This document shows, in pieces, positions 9,364 through 18,926 of a stretch of DNA of 40,000 nucleotides. The DNA comes from Microcoleus sp. (lineage in GTDB: Bacteria; Cyanobacteriota; Cyanobacteriia; Cyanobacteriales; Microcoleaceae): NCBI GenBank assembly GCA_052279835.1, contig CP181291.1, positions 2,801,572-2,841,571 of the forward strand, in the 5' to 3' direction. The notes under the pieces were generated by a model, which saw nothing but the letters and a program-made list of their open reading frames with translations, was not told where the DNA came from and did no database searches. The position numbers and the translations under genes are program-made. Positions within the stretch are counted from its first letter, which is position 1. The number at the start of each line of letters is the position of its first letter.

Positions 9364-9813
9364 TCAATTACCGTGTTTCGGCAAATGGTGCAACAAATAC
9401 CAGAATACAGCCACATTGACGATAAATACCGCTAACTTCAGGAAAGTAACACCCTGAATTAATTCAAAAATTTCCGGCGGAATACTGATACCAACTAGCA
9501 CTAAAACTAAGATTGTTGCCCAACCTTTTTCGTACCACAATCCCACAGCTTCCACAGCAGTGATCGCTGCATAAAGTCCAGTCGCCATGCCGCTAAACAG
9601 TAAGGTCTTAGGCTTTAGTATCAGCAGCTTATCCAATAAAAACTCAATAATTGTCACCTTTGTTTCTAACAAATAAGAATCCGCAAATTGTTCTAATAAT
9701 TGATGCTTTTTTAGCGCCAACAGCAAAGCAATAGAAGTCACTGTCAAGAGGGAAGCCACAAAAGTCTTGTAAATCACTATGGCGATTAAACCAGAGGGGC
9801 GCTGTTTTTTCAC
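9364..9813 (-). CDS. Small integral membrane protein (DUF2127-like, 4 TM)
   Basis: A 149-aa ORF with four hydrophobic segments. The N-terminus RPSGLIAIVIYKTFVASLL resembles DUF2127 proteins. Confidence 0.65.
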   Translation of the reverse strand: MKKQRPSGLIAIVIYKTFVASLLTVTSIALLLALKKHQLLEQFADSYLLETKVTIIEFLLDKLLILKPKTLLFSGMATGLYAAITAVEAVGLWYEKGWATILVLVLVGISIPPEIFELIQGVTFLKLAVFIVNVAVFWYLLHHLPKHGN

Positions 9814-9827
9814 CGGATTATTTTTAC

Positions 9828-12800
9828 CTATTTTGAGAGTGGATAATGTGCTGCCAAAAAAGCAATTGCCGAAGTGCGATCGCCCAAATGCCCATCCAAA
9901 GTCGCAGCCAACAAATCATCCAACATGAGTTTAAACGTAGGTCCAGGTTTGTAGCCCAAAGCCTTCAAATCATTGCCATTCAAAGGGGCTTCAACCTTCA
10001 CCCACTTGGTGAAAAATTCCCAAATTTGGTGTCGAACACTTCGGGGACTTTGCAGGGCGATCGCAATTAACATCGGCAACTCATAATTCCTCAGCAGCAT
10101 TACCAATTGACTCGGTAACTTGCATTTCGGCAAAGTTTCGACTAATTCCTGATTTGTAGCTTCTAAAAGTTCCAGCCGCTTGATGCTGTCAGCAGGTAAC
10201 TGAAGATTTGCAGCCACCTTTCCCCGATATTCGGGTGCTAAATAAGCGATCGAAATTTCCAGCCGCATCAGCCAATCGGGAATTTTGAGAATTGGGCATT
10301 GGGCATTGGGAATGGGGAATTGGGCATGGGGCATCGGGAATTTTTTAACTACTTGTTTCTTAATTCCATCGGTTACATCCGTTACATCCGTTACAGAATT
10401 CGCTGCCGAACCTTCTTCCTTCTTCCTTCCATTCAAACATCGATCGAGCAAACGCAATTGCCACCACAACTGGCGATCCAATTCCAAAGTAGGATGAATG
10501 CAGCGCAAGGCCTGCAAATCTCCCAGCATTTGCAGGGCAACTTTCCAATAAGGTGATTGCAAAATGTACCTCAATTCAGTTTTGAGCCGAGTTTCCAAAG
10601 CCGGCGCTCGGCCGTTTTCACCTTGAATCCGGTAATAAATCCCGCTTTCGAGGGCGTGGCGGATGTATCCTTCAGTCTGCGACTCGATCGCAAATCCCAA
10701 CCGCACCGCAAACCGCACAGCCCGGTAAATTCGCGTCGGATCTTCGATAAAACTGTTAGCGTGCAAAACTCTAATTTGGCGCGCTTCCAAGTCTAGCAAA
10801 CCGCCAAAAAAATCCAACAATTCGCCGCAGTTAGGAACACCCAACCGCACAGCCAGGGCATTAATTGTAAAATCCCTGCGGTACAAATCTTGACGGATCG
10901 AACTCGCTTCAACTTCAGGATTTGCAGCCGGATAAGGATAAAATTCAGTACGAGCCGTAGCGATATCCAGCCACAGCGAGCCGAAAGCAGAGTCTTTGTG
11001 CCACAATAGCGCGGCGGTTTTAAAGTCACCGTGAACGTCCAAACGCGACTCTGGGTAAAGCTTTTGTAGCGATGCAGCCAACTCGACACCTGCACCGGAA
11101 TCGCGGGCGCCAGAGTTTCCATCCACAACCAAGTCAATATCGGCGAGTGCCAGTTTATCGTCGGTGGCTAACTGATTTTTGGCACTATTCTCAGCATCTT
11201 GGCCGCCCTTCCCAGGCTGGTTGACAGTGGTGCCTGATGTTGTCAAACCTAAGAGTAAATCCCGGACTGCTCCACCGACAATATAAAGTTGCCAGCCTCG
11301 CTCTCGGGCAATATTGGCCGCGATCGACAATAATTGCCATAATTCGGGACTAATGCGCGATCGCAGCAACTGCTCCACGGATGCGGGTAGGGGACAATAG
11401 GTCAATTGTCCTTTACTTCCTCCACTGTCTCGCGCTTTTTGCTGGTGCAATTGGCGCAATACGTCGGTGCGAGTCACAATTCCCACCAGTTGGTCGTTTT
11501 CCAATACTGGCAAGCGCCCGATATTGTATGTCACCATTAAATCTTCAATTTCTGGCAGCAAGGTATCGGGGGCGATCGTTTTTAGCTGCGGAGTCATGTA
11601 ACCCTTGACGGGGGCGTGGCTGAAACCGTGGTGCAGGGCGATGTCAATGTCGCGGCGGGAAATAATGCCGGCAAGCCGATCGCCCGCATCGACCACACAA
11701 AGCCCCGAATGCCCGTAACGCAGGAGGATACGGTGAGCTTCTCCCACGGAGGTTTCCGGGCGAATGCTCCGCACTGGAGATGACATTAACTCGCGGGCGG
11801 TTGGAGGGTGAGGGATTTGAGCTTTCAGCGCGTTGGCTAGTTGATTTAAAGTCGCCAGCGGGTCAACATCGCGGGTGGCGAGGGATGCGGCGCGGGCGTG
11901 GCCTCCGCCACCGAAAGGTTTGAACAATTCGCTGAGGTTTGTGCTGGAAATGCGCGATCGACCGATAATAGTTAATCGATTGGAAACTGACGATTCGGGA
12001 GAGTCGGGATCGATGGTATCGCTGTTTTGTTTTTCACCAGATTTATACACATTTCCTAATAGCAGAGCATCGGTTTCAGTCAAATCCAGCAAGCGAGATG
12101 CTAGGGCAGAAAGTCCCGGAACATAGGCATCAGTTGTGAGCAATACCCAAGCTACACTGTTACCGCGTACAGTTTCCGATCGCAAGTTATTCAGAGCTTC
12201 TTTCAGCAAATCCTGCAATTGAGCAGACAAACCGGGTTCTACATATTCAGCGATGACTCCCAAACTCGCTCCCTGCTGCATCAACCACGCCAAAGCATTA
12301 GCATCTCGCGCCGTTGCACCCTCGAAGGTGAGGGAACCTGTATCGACGTGGATACCGAGGGCCATGACTGTGGCTTCTGAGGGATCGAGATGGAATTCTT
12401 GGTTACTCTGTGGGACTTGATTTGCGAATTTTTCCCTAAGTTTTTCGACTATTAAAGTAGTGGTGGCCCCGACTGCTTCGATTTGGCCCAGGGTGGCCGG
12501 GATGTCTGAATGCGCTTCTAAATGGTGATCGAAAACCGTAATTTCGTTGATGTGTGGCAAGTCTAGCCATTCGGCGGCTTTTCCCAAACGATCGCGCGTG
12601 CTAGCATCAACAATGGCGAGCGAGCGAATTTGTTGCGGATTGACCGATCGACGTTCGATTAACGGGTACTCATCGCGGTGTAGCGCCAAAAAATCCCGCA
12701 CCGTGGGGTGAGACCCACCAGCAAGCACGATTCTGGTACCGGGGTGCAGCACGCAAAGTCCCACCGCCGCTCCCAAGGTGTCAAAATCTGCTGTAGTGTG

Positions 12801-12890
12801 GCACAAAACTAAGTCCATAAACAAATCCTGCATCTGTAACCCAAAGTGTCCCTGAATCTGGCTCACGAACAGCACACGAGCCGATCGCAC
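9828..12890 (-). CDS. Multidomain DHH/DHHA1 phosphoesterase - CBS pair - poly(A) polymerase/CCA-adding nucleotidyltransferase fusion
   Basis: DHH region: CHTTADFDTLGAAVG, VFDHH, GGGGHARAAS. CBS pair: VRSIRPETSVGEA...GRLPVLENDQLVGIVTRTDVL. Nucleotidyltransferase head: LYIVGGAVRDLLLG...DIDLVV...RRDFTINALA. The track start is GTG 12890. ATG 12833 or 12818 (MDLVLCHTT) is the more likely start. Confidence 0.85.
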   Translation of the reverse strand: MRSARVLFVSQIQGHFGLQMQDLFMDLVLCHTTADFDTLGAAVGLCVLHPGTRIVLAGGSHPTVRDFLALHRDEYPLIERRSVNPQQIRSLAIVDASTRDRLGKAAEWLDLPHINEITVFDHHLEAHSDIPATLGQIEAVGATTTLIVEKLREKFANQVPQSNQEFHLDPSEATVMALGIHVDTGSLTFEGATARDANALAWLMQQGASLGVIAEYVEPGLSAQLQDLLKEALNNLRSETVRGNSVAWVLLTTDAYVPGLSALASRLLDLTETDALLLGNVYKSGEKQNSDTIDPDSPESSVSNRLTIIGRSRISSTNLSELFKPFGGGGHARAASLATRDVDPLATLNQLANALKAQIPHPPTARELMSSPVRSIRPETSVGEAHRILLRYGHSGLCVVDAGDRLAGIISRRDIDIALHHGFSHAPVKGYMTPQLKTIAPDTLLPEIEDLMVTYNIGRLPVLENDQLVGIVTRTDVLRQLHQQKARDSGGSKGQLTYCPLPASVEQLLRSRISPELWQLLSIAANIARERGWQLYIVGGAVRDLLLGLTTSGTTVNQPGKGGQDAENSAKNQLATDDKLALADIDLVVDGNSGARDSGAGVELAASLQKLYPESRLDVHGDFKTAALLWHKDSAFGSLWLDIATARTEFYPYPAANPEVEASSIRQDLYRRDFTINALAVRLGVPNCGELLDFFGGLLDLEARQIRVLHANSFIEDPTRIYRAVRFAVRLGFAIESQTEGYIRHALESGIYYRIQGENGRAPALETRLKTELRYILQSPYWKVALQMLGDLQALRCIHPTLELDRQLWWQLRLLDRCLNGRKKEEGSAANSVTDVTDVTDGIKKQVVKKFPMPHAQFPIPNAQCPILKIPDWLMRLEISIAYLAPEYRGKVAANLQLPADSIKRLELLEATNQELVETLPKCKLPSQLVMLLRNYELPMLIAIALQSPRSVRHQIWEFFTKWVKVEAPLNGNDLKALGYKPGPTFKLMLDDLLAATLDGHLGDRTSAIAFLAAHYPLSK
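10288..10431. repeat. Modular short repeat element carried in frame inside the nucleotidyltransferase CDS
   Basis: ATTGGGCATTGGGCATTGGGAATGGGGAATTGGGCATGGGGCATCGGG, then a spacer with GGTTACATCC/GTTACATCC/GTTACAG 9-mers, then GAACCTTCTTCCTTCTTCCTTCC. It translates to NGRKKEEGSAANSVTDVTDVTDGIKKQVVKKFPMPHAQFPIPNAQCPILKIP. The module order matches 487-588. Confidence 0.6.
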
Positions 12891-13079
12891 TATAACTCAA
12901 GCTTAGTGAAGTATTGATTCTAGTTTCAATCGCAGCAGCCAATAATGGTAAAATTTAAGTAAATCTCAAGAGCTGCTGACTGCTGTTCGCACCACTGAGA
13001 ATTTGTACGGGCCAGTCGAATTTCAACAACCGACAATTTTCCGATCAATCGTCCCACCGCTATATCGAAAGGAGAAAAA

Positions 13080-13271
13080 ATGTTATCAATTCTGTTTCAA
13101 CTTGTTTTACTAGGTTTGGTACTGCTATCTTTTGTGATGGTAGTTGGCGTTCCAGTTGCTTATGCTTCTCCCCAAAACTGGAATCAGTCTAAAACACTGA
13201 TTTTTGCAGGTTCTGGTCTCTGGTTTTTGCTGGTTATTGCCGTGGGTGTTTTAAACTTTTTGGTAGTTTAA
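13080..13271 (+). CDS. psbZ: Photosystem II reaction centre protein Z (Ycf9)
   Basis: The 63-aa product has two TM helices ([38 protein letters not shown]..) and is collinear with PsbZ. GGAG lies upstream of the ATG. Confidence 0.9.
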   Translation: MLSILFQLVLLGLVLLSFVMVVGVPVAYASPQNWNQSKTLIFAGSGLWFLLVIAVGVLNFLVV

Positions 13272-13300
13272 AATTCGGTCTAGAACGACGTAAAATAGTT

Positions 13301-13419
13301 GTGAGTTTTGAATTTTGACTGAAGTTTATGCTATAATTAGTAGTCTTAGATTTGGAGTTAATTATTGATTGAAGTCACTGTTTCAACGGATTAATTCACA
13401 GCCAAAATTTAAAACTCAC
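13301..13419. repeat. Long-range inverted repeat in the psbZ-ribH spacer
   Basis: GTGAGTTTTGAATTTTG (13301-13317) pairs with CAAAATTTAAAACTCAC (13403-13419), matching 16 of 17 positions, with an 85-nt loop. Confidence 0.4.
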
Positions 13420-13481
13420 AATTCATAAATAAAGCTAAGAAAAATCCCATTACCACTTACCAATTACCAAAGTATAAAATT

Positions 13482-14030
13482 ATGGCAGTTTTCGAGGGGA
13501 CTTTTACTCAAACCGAATCTTTGCGGTTTGCGATTGTCATTGGTCGTTTTAACGACATGGTAGTCAACAAACTTTTGGAAGGTTGTCAAGATTGTTTGAA
13601 ACGCCACGGGGTTGATATAAATCCTCATGGTAATCAGGTTGATTTTTATTGGGTTCCGGGATGTTTTGAAATTCCCTTGATTGCTCGTCAAGCTGCATTT
13701 TCTCGTCGCTACGATGCAGTAATCTGTCTGGGTGCGGTGATTCGCGGCCAAACTCCTCATTTCGATTTTGTCGCTGGTGAGGTTTCTAAGGGAATTGCGG
13801 CTGCGGCTTTTCAAAGTGGAGTACCGGTGATTTTTGGGGTGGTGACGACTGACACGATGCAGCAAGCTTTGGAAAGGGCCGGAATTAAGAGCAATTTGGG
13901 CTGGAATTATGCAATGAGTGCTTTGGAAATGGGCACTTTGATGCGTCAAGTCAATGGTTTGGGTGGAAATTCTTACGATAAATTAGCTGCTGCGTCTGCT
14001 GTTGAAGTGCTGTCGGGCGATCTAGCCTAG
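13482..14030 (+). CDS. ribH: 6,7-dimethyl-8-ribityllumazine synthase
   Basis: [34 protein letters not shown]...[30 protein letters not shown] are typical RibH motifs. Confidence 0.9.
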   Translation: MAVFEGTFTQTESLRFAIVIGRFNDMVVNKLLEGCQDCLKRHGVDINPHGNQVDFYWVPGCFEIPLIARQAAFSRRYDAVICLGAVIRGQTPHFDFVAGEVSKGIAAAAFQSGVPVIFGVVTTDTMQQALERAGIKSNLGWNYAMSALEMGTLMRQVNGLGGNSYDKLAAASAVEVLSGDLA

Positions 14031-14136
14031 TATATATCATTATGTGATTCCAACTGGTTCCCCGGAAGAGCCTGGGAACCGAGATCCAGAGGCTCTGCCT
14101 CGCTCGTCGCTTGTAGAATACTAGGTAAGGAAAGCT

Positions 14137-14715
14137 ATGAATAGTGTCACCGCGAAAAGATTCTCGATCGCAGAATATCACCGTTTGGGAGAACTGGGAT
14201 TTTTCGCTCCCGATGAGCGAGTAGAATTGATTCGCGGAGAACTTATAAAAATGGCTGCTAAAGGTAGGTTTCACTCTGTTTGTAACAGTCTTTTAGTTGA
14301 GGAGTTAATAATTTTACTGACAAGACGTGCTCGTGTTCGCGTACAAGATCCGATAATTTTATCTACTACAGATAGCGAACCAGAACCTGATGTGATTATC
14401 GCCCGCAATCGTTCTGATAATTATTTAGATTCTCACCCGGAACCTGCGGATATCTTGTTAATGATTGAGGTTTCTGATTCTACTTTAAAGTACGATCAAA
14501 TAACTAAGTTATCTCTGTATGCTGAGGCTGGGATTTCTAATTATTGGATATTTAATTTAGTTGATAATCAACTGGAAATGCACAGCGAACCTTATCAAAA
14601 AAGACAAGGGGATTTCAATTATCGATCGCAACGAGTTATTCTACAAAATGAGACTGTGGTAATTCCGGGCTTTCCCGATTTGTCTCTAGATTTATCCTTA
14701 GTGTTTCCAGCCTAA
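14137..14715 (+). CDS. Uma2-family (DUF820) putative endonuclease
   Basis: FSIAEYHRLGELGFF..ERVELIRGELIKM, PDVIIA, IEVSDSTLKYD and YAEAGISNYWIFNL are Uma2 family hallmarks. Confidence 0.85.
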   Translation: MNSVTAKRFSIAEYHRLGELGFFAPDERVELIRGELIKMAAKGRFHSVCNSLLVEELIILLTRRARVRVQDPIILSTTDSEPEPDVIIARNRSDNYLDSHPEPADILLMIEVSDSTLKYDQITKLSLYAEAGISNYWIFNLVDNQLEMHSEPYQKRQGDFNYRSQRVILQNETVVIPGFPDLSLDLSLVFPA

Positions 14716-14740
14716 CCTGAATAGAGGCTCTAAGTTAATT

Positions 14741-14776
14741 TATAGCAACCGCCAAGGCTGCTAAGGCGACTGCTAT
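14741..14776 (+). repeat. TATAGCA-type hairpin just downstream of Uma2 (possible terminator)
   Basis: TATAGCAACCGCC - AAGGCTGCTAA - GGCGACTGCTATA. The TATAGCAA/TTGCTATA ends recur at 27744-27846. There is no clear T-run. Confidence 0.35.
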
Positions 14777-15247
14777 AAAATACTCTCACGATTTTCTGTA
14801 TATTTTTATACATTTATAGCTGTGGCTAAGTAACACGCATTTGCTGAGTATTATATTATACATAATATCGGTAAAATACTGCAAGATTATCGACTTTTTA
14901 ACTAAAAATCCCTAACAATCTAATATTTCTCAACAGTTTTATGAGATTTAGATGAATCTGGTTGCACAAATATGAGAAATTCGTTATGTTAATTTTTGTG
15001 TAAGCCTTGAAGCAGTCTCAACTCAATCCGAAGATAGCTTTCAGCATAAATGCTGTACAAACAGTATTTAACGTATTCTTAACGAACCGCCCTGAAAATT
15101 CATTTTCAGGTAAATTGTTAATGCAATCTTAAATAATGAATTTGTGCAGTTAACGCCTAGGAAGCTTGCCCAAAAAGCGATTGATAATTTTGAGGGTAGC
15201 CCGGATACACATACAGTTACTTACCAGCCGAAAATTGCAACAATTTT

Positions 15248-16486
15248 ATGGGTGACATTCAAGCTACGTTTACAGCGACAGACCGTGCTTTTCATGTTGA
15301 AGGGTACGAAAAAATTGATTTCAGCTTACTCTATGTAGATGGCGCTTTCAAACTTGAAAATCCAGAAATTGCCGATAGCTATCGCCCCTTTGGTCGCTGT
15401 TTAATGGTTGTAGACCAGACAGTCTATGGTTTGTACGGCAAGCAAATGCACGCTTATTTCCAGTATCACGAGATAGATTTAACCGTCTTTCCAGTGAGTA
15501 TCAAGGAACCAGATAAAACCTTAACCACCTTTGAAAGCATCATAGATGCCTTCGTTGATTTCGGACTCGTGCGGAAAGAACCTGTGTTAGTGGTTGGTGG
15601 TGGATTGACGACAGACGTAACTGGTTTTGCGTGTTCCTCCTATCGCCGTCGGACTAACTACATTCGCGTACCGACAACCTTAATTGGGCTGATTGATGCC
15701 AGTGTGGCGATCAAGGTAGCCGTGAACCATGGTAAACTGAAAAACCGCCTTGGTGCTTACCACGCTTCGCAGAAAGTAATTTTAGATTTCTCGTTCCTAA
15801 AAACTTTGCCGATCGACCAAATACGCAACGGCATGGCAGAGTTAATTAAGATCGCTGTAGTAGGTAACACAGAAATCTTCGAGTTATTGGAAAACTACGG
15901 CGAAGCATTGCTGCACAGCCATTTTGGTTATTTAGATGGCACATCTGAACTGCGCCAAGTGGCACATCGCTTAACGTATAATGCGATTCAGTCGATGCTG
16001 GCCTTAGAAGTACCAAACCTGCACGAGCTAGATTTAGATCGAGTGATTGCTTATGGTCACACCTGGAGTCCGACGCTGGAACTAACACCGGAAATCCCGA
16101 TGTTCCACGGCCATAGTGTCGCTATCGATATGGCTTTTTCGGCGACGATTGCCGGCCAGCGGGGCTACATTTCGATCGAAGAGCGCGATCGCATCCTAGG
16201 ATTAATGAGTCGGCTGGGACTAGCAATTGATAGCCCCTATCTCACCTCAGAATTGCTCTGGAAAGCCACAACATCCATCGCCCGTACCCGCGATGGCCTT
16301 CAACGTGCGGCGGCACCCAAGCCCATTGGTGAATGCTTTTTCATGAACGACTTGACTCGGACTGAGTTGGATCAAGCCCTAGCAGTGCATCGAGAAATCT
16401 GTCAGGGATACCCGCGCAATGGTGATGGCGAGGATATGTATGTAGTATTGGACAAAGTTGCAACTCGTTCCAAAGCCGGGGTATAA
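15248..16486 (+). CDS. mysA: Demethyl-4-deoxygadusol synthase (sedoheptulose-7-phosphate cyclase, DHQS-like), MAA pathway step 1
   Basis: The product is collinear with Anabaena variabilis Ava_3858-type DDGS as I remember it ([76 protein letters not shown]). The genes that follow are an O-MT and an ATP-grasp ligase. Confidence 0.85.
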   Translation: MGDIQATFTATDRAFHVEGYEKIDFSLLYVDGAFKLENPEIADSYRPFGRCLMVVDQTVYGLYGKQMHAYFQYHEIDLTVFPVSIKEPDKTLTTFESIIDAFVDFGLVRKEPVLVVGGGLTTDVTGFACSSYRRRTNYIRVPTTLIGLIDASVAIKVAVNHGKLKNRLGAYHASQKVILDFSFLKTLPIDQIRNGMAELIKIAVVGNTEIFELLENYGEALLHSHFGYLDGTSELRQVAHRLTYNAIQSMLALEVPNLHELDLDRVIAYGHTWSPTLELTPEIPMFHGHSVAIDMAFSATIAGQRGYISIEERDRILGLMSRLGLAIDSPYLTSELLWKATTSIARTRDGLQRAAAPKPIGECFFMNDLTRTELDQALAVHREICQGYPRNGDGEDMYVVLDKVATRSKAGV

Positions 16487-16488
16487 AG

Positions 16489-17295
16489 ATGAGACCTGTT
16501 ACCCCTGTCGGGATTTTAGCGGCTAAACTCGAAAGTCTGGTCGAGGAAGCAAAAAAAATCAATAATCTCGATCGAGCTTTCAAGGCAGAATTAAAACAAG
16601 CCTACGAATTAGCAAATGGTCTCGATCCCTACCTGAACCTTTGCACCACCCCGGAATCTCCAGCCTTAGCCACCTTAGTAAAGCGCACCCAATCAGAAGA
16701 TTGGAGTCAGCGATTCTCTGACGGCGAGACAGTGCGGCATTTGGAACAGGAAATGCTATCGGGCCATGTCGAAGGCCAAATGCTGAAATTTCTGGTCCAT
16801 CTCACCAAAGCACAGCGCGTGCTCGAAATCGGGATGTTCACTGGCTACTCAGCACTAGCGATGGCCGAAGCCCTTCCTGTTGATGGAGAAGTGGTAGCCT
16901 GCGAAGTAGATGCTTATGTAGCTGAATTTGCCCAAAAGTGTTTCAAGGAATCGAAGGTTGGCCACAAAATCTCAGTGAAGGTGGCACCAGCCCTAGAAAC
17001 CATGAAACAACTGGCTGCTGCTGGAGAAGTGTTCGATTTGGTGTTTATCGATGCTGATAAAGCTGGATACATAGATTATCTCGATTTACTACTCACCACT
17101 GGGCTGTTGGCTCCCAATGGCTTGATTTGTGCCGATAATACTCTGATGCAGGGACAGCCCTATTTGTCATCGGGTACTGCTACTGCTAACGGAATTGCGA
17201 TCGGCAAATTCAACCAAGCTGTAGTTGACGATCCGCGCGTAGAGCAGGTGTTAGTGCCGCTCAGAGATGGGATTACCTTGATTCGGCGCGTTTAG
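16489..17295 (+). CDS. mysB: SAM-dependent O-methyltransferase (caffeoyl-CoA OMT-like), MAA pathway step 2 (4-deoxygadusol formation)
   Basis: The class I MT fold motif is VLEIGMFTGYSALAMAEAL..VFIDADKAGY. The ATG is 2 nt after the mysA stop. Confidence 0.85.
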   Translation: MRPVTPVGILAAKLESLVEEAKKINNLDRAFKAELKQAYELANGLDPYLNLCTTPESPALATLVKRTQSEDWSQRFSDGETVRHLEQEMLSGHVEGQMLKFLVHLTKAQRVLEIGMFTGYSALAMAEALPVDGEVVACEVDAYVAEFAQKCFKESKVGHKISVKVAPALETMKQLAAAGEVFDLVFIDADKAGYIDYLDLLLTTGLLAPNGLICADNTLMQGQPYLSSGTATANGIAIGKFNQAVVDDPRVEQVLVPLRDGITLIRRV

Positions 17296-17306
17296 CAATG
17301 TTAATG

Positions 17307-17451
17307 AGGAGACGGCAATGCCTATAGGCATCAACTTAAGGTATAACCAATAGTCCGGCAGGGGTTGAAACCCCTGTCGGACTCGTAGGATGACTGACAG
17401 ACTTGGTGCGCGGACAGCTTAAGTTGACACCTATTAACACTGCCGTGTCCT
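17307..17451. mobile_element. MITE-like palindromic element (short copy) in the mysB-mysC spacer
   Basis: Terminal inverted repeats are AGGAGACGGCAATGCCTATAGGCATCAACTTAAGG and GCTTAAGTTGACACCTATTAACACTGCCGTGTCCT. The internal hairpin is GTCCGGCAGGGGTTGAAACCCCTGTCGGAC. The termini are the same as those of the 19971-20289 element. Confidence 0.6.
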
Positions 17452-17530
17452 GATTTTCAGTAATATTAATTCCGATGCCAACGAATTTAATATTAATTAA
17501 GAATTTTTACGGTCAAACCAGAAAAATATT

Positions 17531-18922
17531 ATGAAAACAATTTCAGTTGCAACGATGCCATCTGAACAGGAAACAAATGCGGAAAATCGGAGCTTCCAAA
17601 CAGCACTTAAAACCCTAGCAACTCTGACTTTGTTGCTATTAGTAATGCCCCTGAATCTCGCTTTGACAATCTTCGCCTTGCTCAGAGCCATCATCATCAA
17701 ACCGTTCCAGTCTCCACCGACTACAGCCAATCCCCAAACGATTTTGATCAGTGGGGGCAAGATGACTAAGGCATTACAGCTAGCGCGATCGTTCCACAAA
17801 GCCGGTCATCGCGTAATTTTGATTGAAACCGAGAAATACTGGCTGAGTGGTCATCGTTACTCTTGGGCGATCGATCGCTTTTACACAGTACCCAATCCCC
17901 AAACAGAAGAATACTCCCAAGCACTGTTAAAAATTGTCCAAAAAGAGGGAGTTAATGTTTATGTTCCCGTGTGTAGTCCCGTCGCCAGTTACTACGATGC
18001 CGAAGTCCAAAGCGTACTTTCTCCCCACTGTACGGTAATGCACGTCGATGTGGAAACCCTGCAAAGATTAGATGATAAGTATACATTTGCCACCGCTGCG
18101 GAAGCCTTGGGGCTGCGAGTCCCGAAGTCCTATCGCATTACCAATCCCCAGCAAGTAATTGATTTTGATTTTAGTCATGCACAGCGCCCGTACATTATCA
18201 AAAGTATTCCCTACGATTCTATCCGCAGATTAAATTTAACTAAATTACCCTGCAAAACCCCATCAGAGACTGCCGCTTTTGTCAACTCTTTACCAATTTC
18301 TGAGAGTAAACCTTGGATAATGCAAGAATATATTCCGGGACAAGAGTTCTGCACTCACAGTACAATCCGTGATGGTCATGTTCAGTTGCACTGTTGCTGT
18401 GAATCATCGGCATTTCAGGTAAACTACGAAAATGTCGATCGCCCGGATATCGAAAATTGGATTCGTCAGTTCGCCAAAAGTCTCAATTTGACTGGACAAG
18501 TTTCCTTTGATTTCATTCAGGCGGCGGATGATGGAGAGATTTATGCGATCGAATGTAATCCCCGCACCCATTCAGCCATCACCATGTTTTACAACCATCC
18601 CGATGTCGCTAAGGCTTATTTAGAACACGATGCTCTACCTGAGACTGTGCAGCCCTTGGCATCTAGCCGCCCGACTTACTGGATTTATCATGAAATTTGG
18701 CGCTTGGTGACTCATTTGTCGTCGCCAAAGCTAGTTTCTGAGCGGTTACAAATTATCGCCCAAGGTAAAGATGCCATTTTCGATTGGAACGATCCATTAC
18801 CATTTTTGATGGTGCATCATTGGCAAATTCCACTGTTGTTATGGGGAAATTTGCAGAAGCCGAAAGAGTGGATTCGGATTGATTTTAATATTGGTAAACT
18901 TGTGGAAATCGGGGGAGATTGA
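17531..18922 (+). CDS. mysC: ATP-grasp ligase forming mycosporine-glycine, with an N-terminal TM segment
   Basis: The product is collinear with Ava_3856-type MysC as I remember it (ILISGGKMTKALQLARSFH.AGHRVILIE..KYWLSGHR, VYVPVCSPVASYYD, YAIECNPRTHSAITMFYNHP, IDFNIGKLVE.GGD). Confidence 0.85.
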   Translation: MKTISVATMPSEQETNAENRSFQTALKTLATLTLLLLVMPLNLALTIFALLRAIIIKPFQSPPTTANPQTILISGGKMTKALQLARSFHKAGHRVILIETEKYWLSGHRYSWAIDRFYTVPNPQTEEYSQALLKIVQKEGVNVYVPVCSPVASYYDAEVQSVLSPHCTVMHVDVETLQRLDDKYTFATAAEALGLRVPKSYRITNPQQVIDFDFSHAQRPYIIKSIPYDSIRRLNLTKLPCKTPSETAAFVNSLPISESKPWIMQEYIPGQEFCTHSTIRDGHVQLHCCCESSAFQVNYENVDRPDIENWIRQFAKSLNLTGQVSFDFIQAADDGEIYAIECNPRTHSAITMFYNHPDVAKAYLEHDALPETVQPLASSRPTYWIYHEIWRLVTHLSSPKLVSERLQIIAQGKDAIFDWNDPLPFLMVHHWQIPLLLWGNLQKPKEWIRIDFNIGKLVEIGGD

Positions 18923-18926
18923 GTAG

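Noticed and set aside
14056-14110. Interleaved short inverted repeats (GGTTCCC/GGGAACC and AGAGCCT/AGGCTCT) after ribH
   Set aside because: It resembles a common AGGCAGAGCC-type dispersed repeat and may serve as a terminator. It is too short and degenerate here to support a specific call.
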